A stretch of DNA of 64,000 nt from an uncultured Dokdonella sp. (GTDB taxonomy: Bacteria; Pseudomonadota; Gammaproteobacteria; Xanthomonadales; Rhodanobacteraceae). Positions within the stretch are counted from its first letter, which is position 1. Each line of letters starts with the position of its first letter. The notes beneath the pieces were generated by a model. That model made no database searches. It was given only the letters and a program-made list of their open reading frames with translations, and was not told the DNA's origin. The position numbers and the translations under genes are program-made. Positions 44,376-54,698 of this stretch are shown piece by piece. Location of the stretch: the NCBI GenBank assembly GCA_964582225.1, contig CAZORA010000007.1:11558-75557 (forward strand), written 5' to 3'.

Positions 44376-45296
44376 ATGCTGCAGTCTCCTCCGCCGTTTC
44401 ACCTCGCCCTGCTCGCACCCCGCCACTGGGCCGCCTGGATCGGCATCGGCTGCATCAAACTGCTGACGCTGCTCCCGCGCAGCTGGCTGCTGGCCGGCGG
44501 ACGCGCCGCCGGCTCGATCTCCGGACGCCTCATGCGCAGCCGCCGCCATGTGGCGTTGCGCAATCTCGCGCTGTGCTTCCCCGAGTTGTCCGCGACCCAA
44601 CGCGCGATCCTCCTGCGGCAGACCCTGCGTGACAGCGGCCTGATGATGGCCGAGTTCAGCCTGGCCTGGATGGGTTCGCGCCGCGCGGTCGAGAGCATCC
44701 CGCTCTCAATCGAAGGCCTCGAGCATCTGCGACAAGCGCGGGAGGCGGGCCGCGGCGTGCTGCTGGTCGGCGCGCACTTCTCGCACCTGGAACTCTGCGC
44801 GCGGCTGGTCTCGATGCGCGTGCCGATTGCCGGCATGTACCGCCAACATGACGACGCCGCCTTCGAGTGGGCCATTCGGCGCGCGCGTCTGCGCTATGCG
44901 GAAGCGATGTTCACCAGGGAGCAACTGCGCCAGAGCGTGCGTCATCTGAAGCGCGGCGGCGTCCTCTGGTACGCGCCCGATCAGGACATGCGCGGCAAGG
45001 AGACCGTCTTCGTGCCCTTCTTCGGCGTGCCGGCCTCGACCATCACCGCCACGCATCACCTGGCGCGGCTGTCGGGTGCGCTGGTGATGCCCTTCTTCCA
45101 TCGCCGGCTCGATCACGGAGGCTATGCCATCCGCATCGAAGCACCGCTTGCCGATTTCCCCAGCGCCGACCCGGTTGCCGATACCGCCCGCGTCAACGCC
45201 TGCATCGAGCGCATGGTGCGCGAGGCGCCGAGTCAGTATCTGTGGCTGCACAAGCGCTTCAAGACCCGGCCTCCGGGATGGCCCGCGGTCTACTGA
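44376..45296 (+). CDS. lpxL: Lipid A late acyltransferase (LpxL/LpxP)
   Basis: RNLALCFPE, HFSHLE, WYAPDQD, QYLWLHKRFKTRP. Confidence 0.92.
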   Translation: MLQSPPPFHLALLAPRHWAAWIGIGCIKLLTLLPRSWLLAGGRAAGSISGRLMRSRRHVALRNLALCFPELSATQRAILLRQTLRDSGLMMAEFSLAWMGSRRAVESIPLSIEGLEHLRQAREAGRGVLLVGAHFSHLELCARLVSMRVPIAGMYRQHDDAAFEWAIRRARLRYAEAMFTREQLRQSVRHLKRGGVLWYAPDQDMRGKETVFVPFFGVPASTITATHHLARLSGALVMPFFHRRLDHGGYAIRIEAPLADFPSADPVADTARVNACIERMVREAPSQYLWLHKRFKTRPPGWPAVY

Positions 45297-46537
45297 GCCA
45301 CGGTAGGCGGCGCCTCATCGCGAAGCCCCAGCGCGCCACAGTAAAGCGCGACGAGCCACCAGAAGAATAGTCCCCACCACGCCGAATAGAAGGCTAGATG
45401 GGTGTTCAAGGGGAACGTCATGGCAAGCAGTGCGAGCGCCGGTGCGCGAGCGGCGCGGCGCGCCGACGGCCCGGCGCGCTGCCAGCCGCGCAGCGCGAGC
45501 GCGCCGCCGAGAAGCCAGCCGAGCAACCCGATCAACCCGGTCTCGCTCAGCACTTCGAGCAGGATCTGGTGCGCGTGAGCGGCACCCGTACCCGCGCTGG
45601 CATCGATGAAATCATCACCCGGCAACGCATATCGCGGATAGGCATGGCGAAAGCCGCGCACGCCAACGCCGGTGCAAGGATGGTCGCGAGTCATCAAGAA
45701 CGCGACCCGCCAGATCCGCAGCCGCCCGGCCAACGCCGCGTCGAGCTGCTGCGGACCGCCCGCGAAGGCCAGCAGACTGCGCTCGATGCGCGCTTCGAAG
45801 CGCGGAGAATCGCGCAGCGCCAGGCCCGCCACTACGCCGACCGCCAAAGCCAGGGCCAGTAACGCGCCAGCAAAGCGACGCAGGTTCCGCGTCTCGCCCC
45901 AGCCGATCACGAGGCAAACCAGCAGGTAGGCGACCCAGGCGGCACGCGAGCCCGCCAGCAGCACCGGCACCAGTAGCGCGAGCAGCGCGAACACCAGGCC
46001 TGGACGGCCGAAACGATCGCGCGCGGCGAACAACATGAAGGGAGACAGCACCGCCAACACCGGACCGAACTTCAGGTTGCCGGCGCCGAAGATGCCGGAA
46101 ATGCGCTCCTCTTCGGCTGCTCCGGCAAGCCCGTAGCCGGTCAGCATCTGCACGCCGGCGTCGATCAGCCAGAGCGCGACCACCAGCGCGATTGCGTTGC
46201 GCAGGCGCCGGGCACGGTCCGCGCCGCCGAGCGCCCAGACCGCAAACCACGCGAAAGGCAGGAAGCGCAGCCCGGCCGCCACGGTCGACCAGCTCTTGGC
46301 CGGAGCCACCGCCAGGGGCGCGGACAGAAGTTCGGGCAACCAATAGCAGGCAAACAGAGCCGTGGCGAGCCGCGCCGCAGGCAAACCCAACAACGACGGC
46401 TGACGCAGCGCCAGCAGCAGCCCTGCGAGGGCGCCAATCAACCACGGCAGCTCCGCCGTGCGGCCGACCGGCAGCAGCACGACCACTGCCGCAAGCACCA
46501 GCAGGGGCCAGGCATCGAATCGGGCAGCGGCGCGCAT
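45290..46537 (-). CDS. O-antigen ligase family protein
   Basis: Multi-TM, AGSRAAW, GVGVRGF, HAHQILLE. Confidence 0.88.
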   Translation of the reverse strand: MRAAARFDAWPLLVLAAVVVLLPVGRTAELPWLIGALAGLLLALRQPSLLGLPAARLATALFACYWLPELLSAPLAVAPAKSWSTVAAGLRFLPFAWFAVWALGGADRARRLRNAIALVVALWLIDAGVQMLTGYGLAGAAEEERISGIFGAGNLKFGPVLAVLSPFMLFAARDRFGRPGLVFALLALLVPVLLAGSRAAWVAYLLVCLVIGWGETRNLRRFAGALLALALAVGVVAGLALRDSPRFEARIERSLLAFAGGPQQLDAALAGRLRIWRVAFLMTRDHPCTGVGVRGFRHAYPRYALPGDDFIDASAGTGAAHAHQILLEVLSETGLIGLLGWLLGGALALRGWQRAGPSARRAARAPALALLAMTFPLNTHLAFYSAWWGLFFWWLVALYCGALGLRDEAPPTVAQ

Positions 46538-46610
46538 GGATCGGGTTCCTCCGACGGCGGGCAATCGACGCTGGCGGCGCAGTCCGGATCGCGCGACGGA
46601 AACGGCCGCT

Positions 46611-47738
46611 TCAGGCCTGCGCGCCGCGTGTGGAGGCGAGTTCCGTGTAGAGAGCCAAGGTGTCGTGCTGCATGTCGGCCAGACGGTAACGGGTCAAGGG
46701 AGCAATCGCCGGCGCAGCACGCAGCAGCTCGGCGGCGCGCTCGACCAGGCGCTCGCGATCATGCGGCGGCACACGCCCCGATGGATACAGATCGACCAGC
46801 AATTCGCCCACCCCGCCGTGATCGTAACCGAGCACCGGCCGACACAGCGCCAGCGCCTCGATGACCGTGCGGCCAAAAGACTCCGGCTTGTCGGAAAGCT
46901 GCAGCACCAGGGCCGACTGCGCATAGACGTCGCGCGCGTCGTCACGCTGCGCGCTGATGACCAGCCAATCATCGACGCCGAGACTGCGCGCGAGCTGCTC
47001 GAGCTCGGCCACGTAGGCTTCCCGCCCGGCCTGTCGCGCCCCCAACAGCAGAAGCCGTGCCGGCACGTTGCGCGCCTTCAGGTCGGCGAGCAGCGTAATG
47101 GCGTCGCGATGTCCCTTGAGGCGCGTGCCGCGTCCGGGCAGCGTCAGCAGGGGCGCACCGGCAAGCTGCGGAAACTCGGCGAAAAACCACTCGCGCCAGG
47201 AGCCATCCGGCTGGTAGCCGTAAGGAAACTCGGCCGGGTCGACGCCGCGCGGGATTACCAGCAGCTTGCCCGGATCGGTATTCGGGTAACTCCGTAGCAG
47301 ATAGTCGCGCACGCTGTTCGACACGCAGATGACGCGCTCACCGCGCGTCATCACCGCGCTGTAGCGGCTGCGGCTGTTCATGCCGTGGGCGGTGGTGACG
47401 AAGTGCGCACGCGCGCGCAGACCGCGCAGCGCGAGCCAGCCAAGCCAGGCCGGCAGCCGCGATCGCGCGTGCACGATGTCGACGCGCTCGCGAACAACGA
47501 GCGCGCGCAGGGCGGCAACTCGCGTCAGGCTGTTGAGCGACTTCACCCCGATCGGCATCTCGAGGTGCTCGCTGCCCTCTGCGCACAGCTGCGCAACCAT
47601 GCGGCCACCGCCGGAAACGACGATCGAACGATACCCGGCGGCGACCAGCGCGCGGCCGATCTCCAGCGTCGAGCGCTCCGCTCCGCCAGCCTCCAGTGCC
47701 GGCACCAGCTGCACCACGGTCACCGAATTGGCCGGCAC
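46611..47738 (-). CDS. GT4 glycosyltransferase
   Basis: GGAERSTLE, HARSRLPAW, PESFGRTVIEAL. Confidence 0.92.
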   Translation of the reverse strand: MPANSVTVVQLVPALEAGGAERSTLEIGRALVAAGYRSIVVSGGGRMVAQLCAEGSEHLEMPIGVKSLNSLTRVAALRALVVRERVDIVHARSRLPAWLGWLALRGLRARAHFVTTAHGMNSRSRYSAVMTRGERVICVSNSVRDYLLRSYPNTDPGKLLVIPRGVDPAEFPYGYQPDGSWREWFFAEFPQLAGAPLLTLPGRGTRLKGHRDAITLLADLKARNVPARLLLLGARQAGREAYVAELEQLARSLGVDDWLVISAQRDDARDVYAQSALVLQLSDKPESFGRTVIEALALCRPVLGYDHGGVGELLVDLYPSGRVPPHDRERLVERAAELLRAAPAIAPLTRYRLADMQHDTLALYTELASTRGAQA

Positions 47739-47750
47739 GGCGAAAATACC

Positions 47751-47966
47751 TCAGTCGACCAGGCTGTACTCCGCGCTGCAGTAGGGACAGCGCGCGTGAC
47801 CTCCTTGCTGGTCGAGCGGCAGCCAGACCCGTGGATGTGCGTTCCACAGGGACATCTCGGGAGTCGGGCAGCTGAGCGGAAGCTCGGCCCGGGTGACCCG
47901 GTAGTGCCGATGGGCGCTCGGGGTGATCGATGATGCGGAGCTGGAACTGGAAGCGGGACTCGACAT
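47751..47966 (-). CDS. CHCC-type zinc-finger protein
   Basis: LSCP...HPRVWL...CPYC. Confidence 0.88.
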   Translation of the reverse strand: MSSPASSSSSASSITPSAHRHYRVTRAELPLSCPTPEMSLWNAHPRVWLPLDQQGGHARCPYCSAEYSLVD

Positions 47967-48293
47967 GGGAGGCTCCGTGCGTGAAACCTCCAAAGTTTAC
48001 AGCACGTTTCATGCCAACATTCCCCGCCTGAGCCTCCAGCGACCCGCCGCACGGTAGACACGCTCAGCTGCGCGCGTAGTGGACTCCGACCTGGCACGTG
48101 AAGCATCGAGCTGCAATCCGCTCGCGGCTCCTGCGCGGCGACATGGCTTCGGCAAACGACGGCCGATCACCCGGCCCACCGCGAACCTTTCTCAGCGCAG
48201 CCAATTTCCGCGTTCGATTTCACAAGACCGACCTACGTCGCGCCAGCCCGCTAGAATAAGCGCGTTTCAACCACCAAACTGGCGGAGGAAAAC

Positions 48294-49544
48294 GTGGACA
48301 TCAACAAGCTGATCGCCCGCGTCAAGGCGATTCTGATCGCACCCAAGACGGAATGGCCGGCCATCGACGCGGAAAACACCAGCACGGCCGATCTGTACAA
48401 GAACTACATCCTGATTCTGGCGGCGATTCCCGCAATCGCGGGCTTCATCAAGGGCAGCGTGCTGGGCTACAGCATCCCCTTCGTCGGTCATTTCCGCGTA
48501 CCGATCGGTAGCGGCCTGTCGAGCGCGATCGTGAGCTACGCGCTGGGCCTCGTGGCGGTCTATCTGGTCGCCCTGATCATCGACGCGCTGGCGCCGAAAT
48601 TCGGCGCCCAGAAGAATCAGCAGCAGGCACTCAAGGTTACGGCCTATGCCTGGACCGCGAGCTGGATCGCCGGCATCGGCCTGATCCTGCCCGGCATCGG
48701 CTGGCTGATTGCGCTGGCTGGCGGAATCTACGCGATCTACCTGCTCTACCTCGGGCTGCCGGTGCTGATGAAAGCACCGCAAGACCGGGTCGGCGGCTAT
48801 ACCGCCGTCAGCATCATCCTGGCGATCGTGCTGATGTGGATCATTGCCCTGATCGTCGGCGCAATGGCCGGCACCTCGATGGGCAGCCACGCGCTCAACC
48901 AGCTTGGCAGCAGCGACAGCAATGTGACCATCGACAGCGACAGCGCGCTGGGTAAGCTCGCAGCCATGGGCCAGCGGATGGAAGAAGCCAGCAAGAAGAT
49001 GGAGCAGGCGCAGAAGTCCGGCGACAGCGAGGCCACCGGCAAGGCGATCGGTTCGATGCTCGGCGCGATCAGTGGAAGCGGCGAGGTCGAGGCGCTGGCG
49101 CCCGACGCGCTCAAGCCCTTCCTGCCGCAGACGCTGGCCGGCCTGCCGCGCACCAAGTTCTCCGCCGAACGCAGCGCCGCGCTGGGCATGCAAATCGCCG
49201 AGGCCGAAGCGACCTACTCCGACGGCAACCGTGAGCTGCAACTCGAAATCAGCGACCTCGGCAGCGCCAAGGGTTTTCTCGCGCTGGCGGGCTTCGCGGC
49301 GATCGGCAGCGAAAGCGAGAGCGACCACGGCTATGAAAAGACCTATCGCCAGAACGGTCGCCTGATTCAGGAAGAGTGGGACAGCAGCGCCAAGCGCGGC
49401 AAGTTCAGCATCATCCTGGGCGAGCGCTTTCAGGTGGAGCTGAGCGGCAGCGCCGGCAGCATGGAGGAGCTGAAGGCCGCCGCGGCCAGCATCGACCTCG
49501 GCAAGCTCGAGGCGCTGAAGAATGCGGGCGTGAAAAAGGGCTGA
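48294..49544 (+). CDS. Yip1 family membrane protein with C-terminal soluble domain
   Basis: RVKAILIAPKTEW, five TM helices, YLLYLGLP, long hydrophilic tail; GGAGG SD. Confidence 0.85.
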   Translation: MDINKLIARVKAILIAPKTEWPAIDAENTSTADLYKNYILILAAIPAIAGFIKGSVLGYSIPFVGHFRVPIGSGLSSAIVSYALGLVAVYLVALIIDALAPKFGAQKNQQQALKVTAYAWTASWIAGIGLILPGIGWLIALAGGIYAIYLLYLGLPVLMKAPQDRVGGYTAVSIILAIVLMWIIALIVGAMAGTSMGSHALNQLGSSDSNVTIDSDSALGKLAAMGQRMEEASKKMEQAQKSGDSEATGKAIGSMLGAISGSGEVEALAPDALKPFLPQTLAGLPRTKFSAERSAALGMQIAEAEATYSDGNRELQLEISDLGSAKGFLALAGFAAIGSESESDHGYEKTYRQNGRLIQEEWDSSAKRGKFSIILGERFQVELSGSAGSMEELKAAAASIDLGKLEALKNAGVKKG

Positions 49545-49605
49545 CGCTCCGGCAGAGGGTCAGCCCCGAGCCTCACGCGGCGTGCGGCTCCCGCGCGCCG
49601 CCGAT

Positions 49606-50205
49606 TCAGCCGTTCTCGCTCGCCGTAGCCTTGGCGAGCGCTTCGACGGTGATCTGCAGGCGGATATCGTCGCTGATCAACGGCGCATACTGCTTGATTC
49701 CGAACTCGGAGCGCTTGAGCACGCCGGTCGCGTTGAAGCCAGCTGCCTGCACCTTGCTCATCGGATGCTTGCCGACGCGATTGACCGTAACGTCGAGCAC
49801 CAACGGGCGCACTACGCCGTGCAGATCGAGGTCGCCGGTGACCTTGAGCCGATCCTTTTCGGCGCCAGCTTCCACCTTGGTGCTGGTGAAGGTCGCCACC
49901 GGATAGGTCGCCACGTCGAAGAAATCCGCCTTCTGCAGGTGTTCATCGAGATCCGGCACATTGGTGTTGACGCTGGGCAGAGCGACCGTCACCTTGAGGC
50001 TCGAGTTCTCCGGCGCTTCCGGATCGAACTGCAGCGTGCCCTGCACCGAGCCGAACTGGCCCGAAGGATTGGAAAAGCCGAAATGACTCCAGCTGAATAC
50101 GATCTGGGTGTGGTGGGGATCGAGCTCGTAGGCGTCCATCGCCGCGTGCGCGGGGATCACGCCGACGAGGGCGAAGGCAACGGCCAGACCAAGTTTCTGC
50201 AGCAT
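49606..50205 (-). CDS. YceI family polyisoprenoid-binding protein
   Basis: Signal peptide, LDPHHT, HFGFS, DFFDV..YP, GDLDLHGV, RSEFGI. Confidence 0.93.
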   Translation of the reverse strand: MLQKLGLAVAFALVGVIPAHAAMDAYELDPHHTQIVFSWSHFGFSNPSGQFGSVQGTLQFDPEAPENSSLKVTVALPSVNTNVPDLDEHLQKADFFDVATYPVATFTSTKVEAGAEKDRLKVTGDLDLHGVVRPLVLDVTVNRVGKHPMSKVQAAGFNATGVLKRSEFGIKQYAPLISDDIRLQITVEALAKATASENG

Positions 50206-50289
50206 GCGGATTCTCCTCGGCAAAACGAAGCGGGAAGTTCGGGCGACACAGGGTGCTGGAACGACGCCGGTCGCACAAGGCCTCAGCAT

Positions 50290-50304
50290 GAAACATAGTG
50301 TTTC
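50290..50304. promoter_or_regulatory. Palindromic operator-like site
   Basis: GAAACA-TAG-TGTTTC between divergent yceI-like and ELM1-like genes. Confidence 0.45.
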
Positions 50305-50364
50305 CGACGGCATCCGCTGCGCGCCCGTGGGCCTCGATCCGCGCAACCCGAGGGCCTGCGGCCG

Positions 50365-51396
50365 GTGAACTCGACCAATCCCGTACGGTGCTGGGTCGTC
50401 AGCGATGGTGCCGCCGGCAATGAGCGCCAGGCACTGGCACTGGCTCACGCGCTCGGTCTCGCACCGGAGGTCCTGCGCATCCATTTACGCCAGCCCTGGG
50501 CGGCGCTGGCGCCGCGCCTAGCCTGGGGCGCGCGAGCCGCGGTGCGCGACGAGCGCGGCAATTCGCTCGCACCACCCTGGCCCGAGATCGCCATCGGCTG
50601 CGGCCGCCGCGCCGCCCTGGTCACCCGCGCGCTGCGTCGCTGGAGCGCAGGCTACAGCTTCAGCGTGCAGATCCTGAATCCGCGTATCGACGCCCGCCAT
50701 TTCGATCTCATCATCACCCCGCAGCACGACGGCGTGCGCGGCGCCAACGTGCTGCGCAGCATCGGCGCGCTCAATGCGGTCGACCAGGCCTGGCTCGCCG
50801 CCGGTCGCAGTCGCTTCGCGGCGCTGGGAAGCCTGCCGGCACCGCGCACCGCGGTCCTGATCGGCGCCTCGACCCGCGCCCAGAAGCTCGATGCCGCCTA
50901 CTTCGATGCCCTGTTGCGGCGGCTTCGCGCGCAGCAACAAACGAGCGGTGGGACGTTCCTGGTCAGCGTCTCGCGCCGCACCCCGCGATCGACGGTCGAG
51001 CGCCTGCGCGCCGCATTCGCCGAGTTTCCCGGCCGCTTCTGGGACGGCGGTAGCGACAACCCCTACGCCGGCTTCCTGGCCTGGGCCGACCGCATCGTGG
51101 TCACTCCGGATTCGGTCAACATGCTGAGCGAGGCCTGCGCCACCGGCAAGCCGGTTTACACCTTTGCGTCGAAGCCGATCCTCGGCAAGCTCGCGCAGCT
51201 GCACGCGGCACTCCTCGCCAGCGGCCATCTGCGCCGCCTCGACGCCGCCGACCAGTGCGCGCTGACGGCACCGCTGCGCGAAACCGCAGCCATCGCCGAA
51301 CTGGTGCGCCAGCGCTGGCGGCAGGCGCGGGGCGGCTTCGATCCGGCGCCAGGCGCCAGCAGCATCGCGGCGGAGCGCATAACGAGGAAGGGCTGA
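50365..51396 (+). CDS. Mitochondrial-fission ELM1 family / nucleoside-diphosphate-sugar-binding protein
   Basis: SDGAAGNERQALALA, FDLIITPQHD, NPYAGFLAWAD..VTPDSVNMLSEA. Confidence 0.88.
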   Translation: MNSTNPVRCWVVSDGAAGNERQALALAHALGLAPEVLRIHLRQPWAALAPRLAWGARAAVRDERGNSLAPPWPEIAIGCGRRAALVTRALRRWSAGYSFSVQILNPRIDARHFDLIITPQHDGVRGANVLRSIGALNAVDQAWLAAGRSRFAALGSLPAPRTAVLIGASTRAQKLDAAYFDALLRRLRAQQQTSGGTFLVSVSRRTPRSTVERLRAAFAEFPGRFWDGGSDNPYAGFLAWADRIVVTPDSVNMLSEACATGKPVYTFASKPILGKLAQLHAALLASGHLRRLDAADQCALTAPLRETAAIAELVRQRWRQARGGFDPAPGASSIAAERITRKG

Positions 51397-51539
51397 GCGA
51401 GGCCTGAAGCGGCCGACCCCCGCTCTTCACTACCACGACGGCGGGAGTCCCGCGCTTCTGATCGCAACGGGCTGAAGTGAACGTATGCGCGCCTGCGTTG
51501 ACAACGGCAGGAACCCCCCCCGCCGCGATCGACGCCAAT

Positions 51540-54500
51540 TCAGCGGCGAGTCGCTGTTTCCGCAGGTAGCGCGAGGTCGAGACCGCAGCGCGCGGCGATC
51601 TCGCGCACACTGCGGCATGTCTGCTCGAGCTCCGCGTCGCACCCGACCAGGCGCGGGCACGCATCCAGCGTGCAGCGCAGTGCCCGTCCCAGTAGCTCGG
51701 CGTGGGCCACCGCCAGAACCTGCGCGTCGGCTGCGGTCAGAACCCCGACGCGCGCCGCAAGCTCGATCAGATCGGCGCCGTTGCCGCTGTCGAGGAGTTC
51801 CGGGTGCCGTTCAGCGTGCTGCAGCACCAGCGCCTGCAGCAGGAAGGCGATATCGACCAGGCCGCCGCGGCCCTGCTTGAGATCGAAGCGCGCCGCATCG
51901 GAGCGATCCTGCTGTTCGCGCCAGCGCTCCCGCATCGCGGAGATCTCGACCTGCGTCTGCGCGCCGTCGCGCGGCAGGGACAAGAGCTCGCGGCGGAGTC
52001 CGGCGAAGCGCCGCGCGGTGCGCGCGTCGCCGGCCACCGCGCGGGCGCGAACCACCGCTTGCAGCTCCCAGAGCCAGGCGCGCTCGCGCTGATAGCCTTC
52101 CCATGCGGAAAGACTCAGCACCAGCATGCCGGTGTTGCCATCTGGACGCAGGCGCACGTCGACTTCGTACAGGCGGCCGGCGCGGGTCGGCAGGTCGAGC
52201 AGATGCACCACCCGTCGCGCGAGCTTCGCATAATAGCGCGCGGCGTCGAGCGGGCGGGCGCCGTCCGATTCGCCAGGCGTCCGCTCGCTGTCGTAGATGA
52301 AGACCAGATCGAGGTCGGAATTGAAACCGAGCTCGGCACCTCCAAAGCTGCCATAAGCGATGACACTCAGGCCCGCGGACGGCGCCGCGTCCGCCGCCCA
52401 GATGCCCAGATCGGAAGGCTGCTCAGCGCCAAACCGCGCGCCGTCGGCCCGCGGCGCCGCAAGCGCGGCCTCGGCCGCCAGTAGCGACCCATCCGGCTCG
52501 GCCACAGGCGCCCATCGATGCAGCGACGGTGACGCTGCGCCGGCCCCGTTGAAGCGCCCGTGAGCGGCGACGAGCTCGCGCTCGGCTATCCGCAGCACGG
52601 CGCCCAGCACGCCTTCCGCAAGCTCGGTCAACGCCCGTGCGCAGGCGCGGGCGTCCAGCGCGCCGCCGATGAAGGCCAGACCAATCCGGAACAGCGCCGA
52701 CTGGCGCAGCTCCTGGATCAGCTCGATTTCCGCTTCCGGATTATCCGGCCCGAGCGTAGCCAGCCGCCGCGCCAGCTTGTCCGCAAACGCGTTGCCGCGC
52801 GGTGGCGTCTGGTCGAGCCGTGCGTCGAACAGCTCGTCGAGCAGCAGCGGGTGCGCGATCACCCGCTCGGCGAGGAAGGCGCTCGCGGAAAACACCTCGA
52901 CCAGCCGGCGCAGAGCGGCCGGCTGTTCGTCGAGCAGCGCCAGATACACCGAACGTCGCGCCACCGCCTGCACCAGGCGCAGCAGTCGCAGCAGGCAGGC
53001 TACGGGTTCCGGCGTTGCCGCTGCCGCGGCGAACAGCGCGGGCATCAGCCGGTCGAGCCGCGCCCGCGCCCGCGCCGACATGCTGCGCAGGCTGCTGCCC
53101 GCCAGCAAGGTGGCGATCGCATCGAGCACCGGCTGTGGCGGGTGAAAACCCGCTTCCTGCAGAAACTCGGCGCCCACGTCGCCAGCCTGGGTGGCGCGCC
53201 AGAAGGCCAACCAGCGCGCGCTCCCGGCGTGCTGCCGCTTGCGGGCATCGACTGCCATCAGGCTGGCGAACTCCTCGGCCACGATCTCACGGGTGTGCCG
53301 CAGCGCCTGCTCAAGCGCGGCCCAGTCGGGCAGGTTCAAGGCGAGGGCGAGCCGCTCGCGCTGCTCGGGAGCGGCCGGGATCTCGTGGGTCTGGCGATCG
53401 TCCAGCATCTGCAGACGGTTTTCCATCTGCCGCAGAAACCGATAGGCTGCGCGCAGCCGAGCCGCGCGCCCCGCCTGCATGTAGCCCAGCTGCTCGCAGG
53501 CGGCCAGCGCCGGCAGCAGGCCGCGAACCCGCAGCGCCGGCTCGCGGCCGCCGCGAATCAGCTGCTCGAGCTGCACGATGAACTCGATCTCGCGGATACC
53601 GCCGCGACCGAGCTTCAGGTTGTCGGCGAGGTCGCGGCGCGCCACTTCGGCGTCGATCAGGGCCTTCATCTCGCGCAGACCGGCAAAGGCACCGTAGTCG
53701 AGATAGCGCCGGAACACGAAAGGTCGCAGAATCTCCAGGAAGCGCGCGCCCGCCGCGCGGTCGCCCGCCACCGGGCGCGCCTTGATCCAGGCGTAGCGCT
53801 CCCAGTCGCGACCCTCGCGCTGGAAGTACTGTTCCATCGCCGCGAATGACAGTGCGAGACGGCCGGAACTGCCGAAGGGCCGCAGGCGCAGGTCGACCCG
53901 ACACACATAACCGTCCGCGTCGCGGTCGGCGAGCAGCGACACGAAGGCTTGCCCGAGGCGAGTGAAATATTCGTCGGCATCGAGCGCGCGCACGCGCTCG
54001 CCCGCCAGCGCCGCGCTGCGGCCCGCTTCGGCGTAGGCCAGCACCAGATCCACGTCAGAGGAAAAATTGAGCTCGGCGCCACCGAGCTTGCCGAGCGCGA
54101 ACACGACCAGGCGCTGGCGGCGACCGGCGGCATCGCGAAGCAGGCCGTGGCGCGCCTCGACCTCGCGCTCGGCGCCGCGCAGGGCGGCTTCCAGGCAAGA
54201 TTCGGCGAGCGCGGACGCACCGCTCAGGGTGCTCTCGAGCGAGTCGGCACCGTTGACGTCGCGCCAGATCAGGCGCAGCGCCTCGCGAAGCCGGAAGCGA
54301 CGCAGCTCGCGGCGCAGCGCGGCACCATCCCGCAGCCCTTCGAACACCACGGCACGGGCGTCCGCGGGCCGCGGATCGGCCATCAGGGCGAGGAACTCCG
54401 CTCCCAGCAGAGCCGGCTCCGCGAGCAGGCTGGCGTGGGCGAAATCGCTCGCGAGGAGCACCCGCTGCAGCTGCTCGGTAACGCCGGCATCATCGTGAAA

Positions 54501-54596
54501 CGGCACGCCCGCGTCGCGACAGGCCACGGCCAGGCGCAGCACTCGCTCATGCAGAAAATCGATGGTGGCACGCGACCACGACGGGGCGGAGCTCAT
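51540..54596 (-). CDS. glnE: Glutamine synthetase adenylyltransferase/adenylyl-removing enzyme
   Basis: Two NT domains GKLGGAELNFSSDVDL and YGSFGGAELGFNSDLDL, DLRLRPFG, DVRLRPDG; start set at MSSAPS. Confidence 0.95.
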   Translation of the reverse strand: MSSAPSWSRATIDFLHERVLRLAVACRDAGVPFHDDAGVTEQLQRVLLASDFAHASLLAEPALLGAEFLALMADPRPADARAVVFEGLRDGAALRRELRRFRLREALRLIWRDVNGADSLESTLSGASALAESCLEAALRGAEREVEARHGLLRDAAGRRQRLVVFALGKLGGAELNFSSDVDLVLAYAEAGRSAALAGERVRALDADEYFTRLGQAFVSLLADRDADGYVCRVDLRLRPFGSSGRLALSFAAMEQYFQREGRDWERYAWIKARPVAGDRAAGARFLEILRPFVFRRYLDYGAFAGLREMKALIDAEVARRDLADNLKLGRGGIREIEFIVQLEQLIRGGREPALRVRGLLPALAACEQLGYMQAGRAARLRAAYRFLRQMENRLQMLDDRQTHEIPAAPEQRERLALALNLPDWAALEQALRHTREIVAEEFASLMAVDARKRQHAGSARWLAFWRATQAGDVGAEFLQEAGFHPPQPVLDAIATLLAGSSLRSMSARARARLDRLMPALFAAAAATPEPVACLLRLLRLVQAVARRSVYLALLDEQPAALRRLVEVFSASAFLAERVIAHPLLLDELFDARLDQTPPRGNAFADKLARRLATLGPDNPEAEIELIQELRQSALFRIGLAFIGGALDARACARALTELAEGVLGAVLRIAERELVAAHGRFNGAGAASPSLHRWAPVAEPDGSLLAAEAALAAPRADGARFGAEQPSDLGIWAADAAPSAGLSVIAYGSFGGAELGFNSDLDLVFIYDSERTPGESDGARPLDAARYYAKLARRVVHLLDLPTRAGRLYEVDVRLRPDGNTGMLVLSLSAWEGYQRERAWLWELQAVVRARAVAGDARTARRFAGLRRELLSLPRDGAQTQVEISAMRERWREQQDRSDAARFDLKQGRGGLVDIAFLLQALVLQHAERHPELLDSGNGADLIELAARVGVLTAADAQVLAVAHAELLGRALRCTLDACPRLVGCDAELEQTCRSVREIAARCGLDLALPAETATRR

Positions 54597-54698
54597 GCGC
54601 CGATTGTGGCAGGCGCCGCGGACCGGCGACCACTGCCGCAGGCGATCGCCGCAGCATAACCATCCGTTCACCCAGTTCATGGCATCGTCTGCGCCCGC

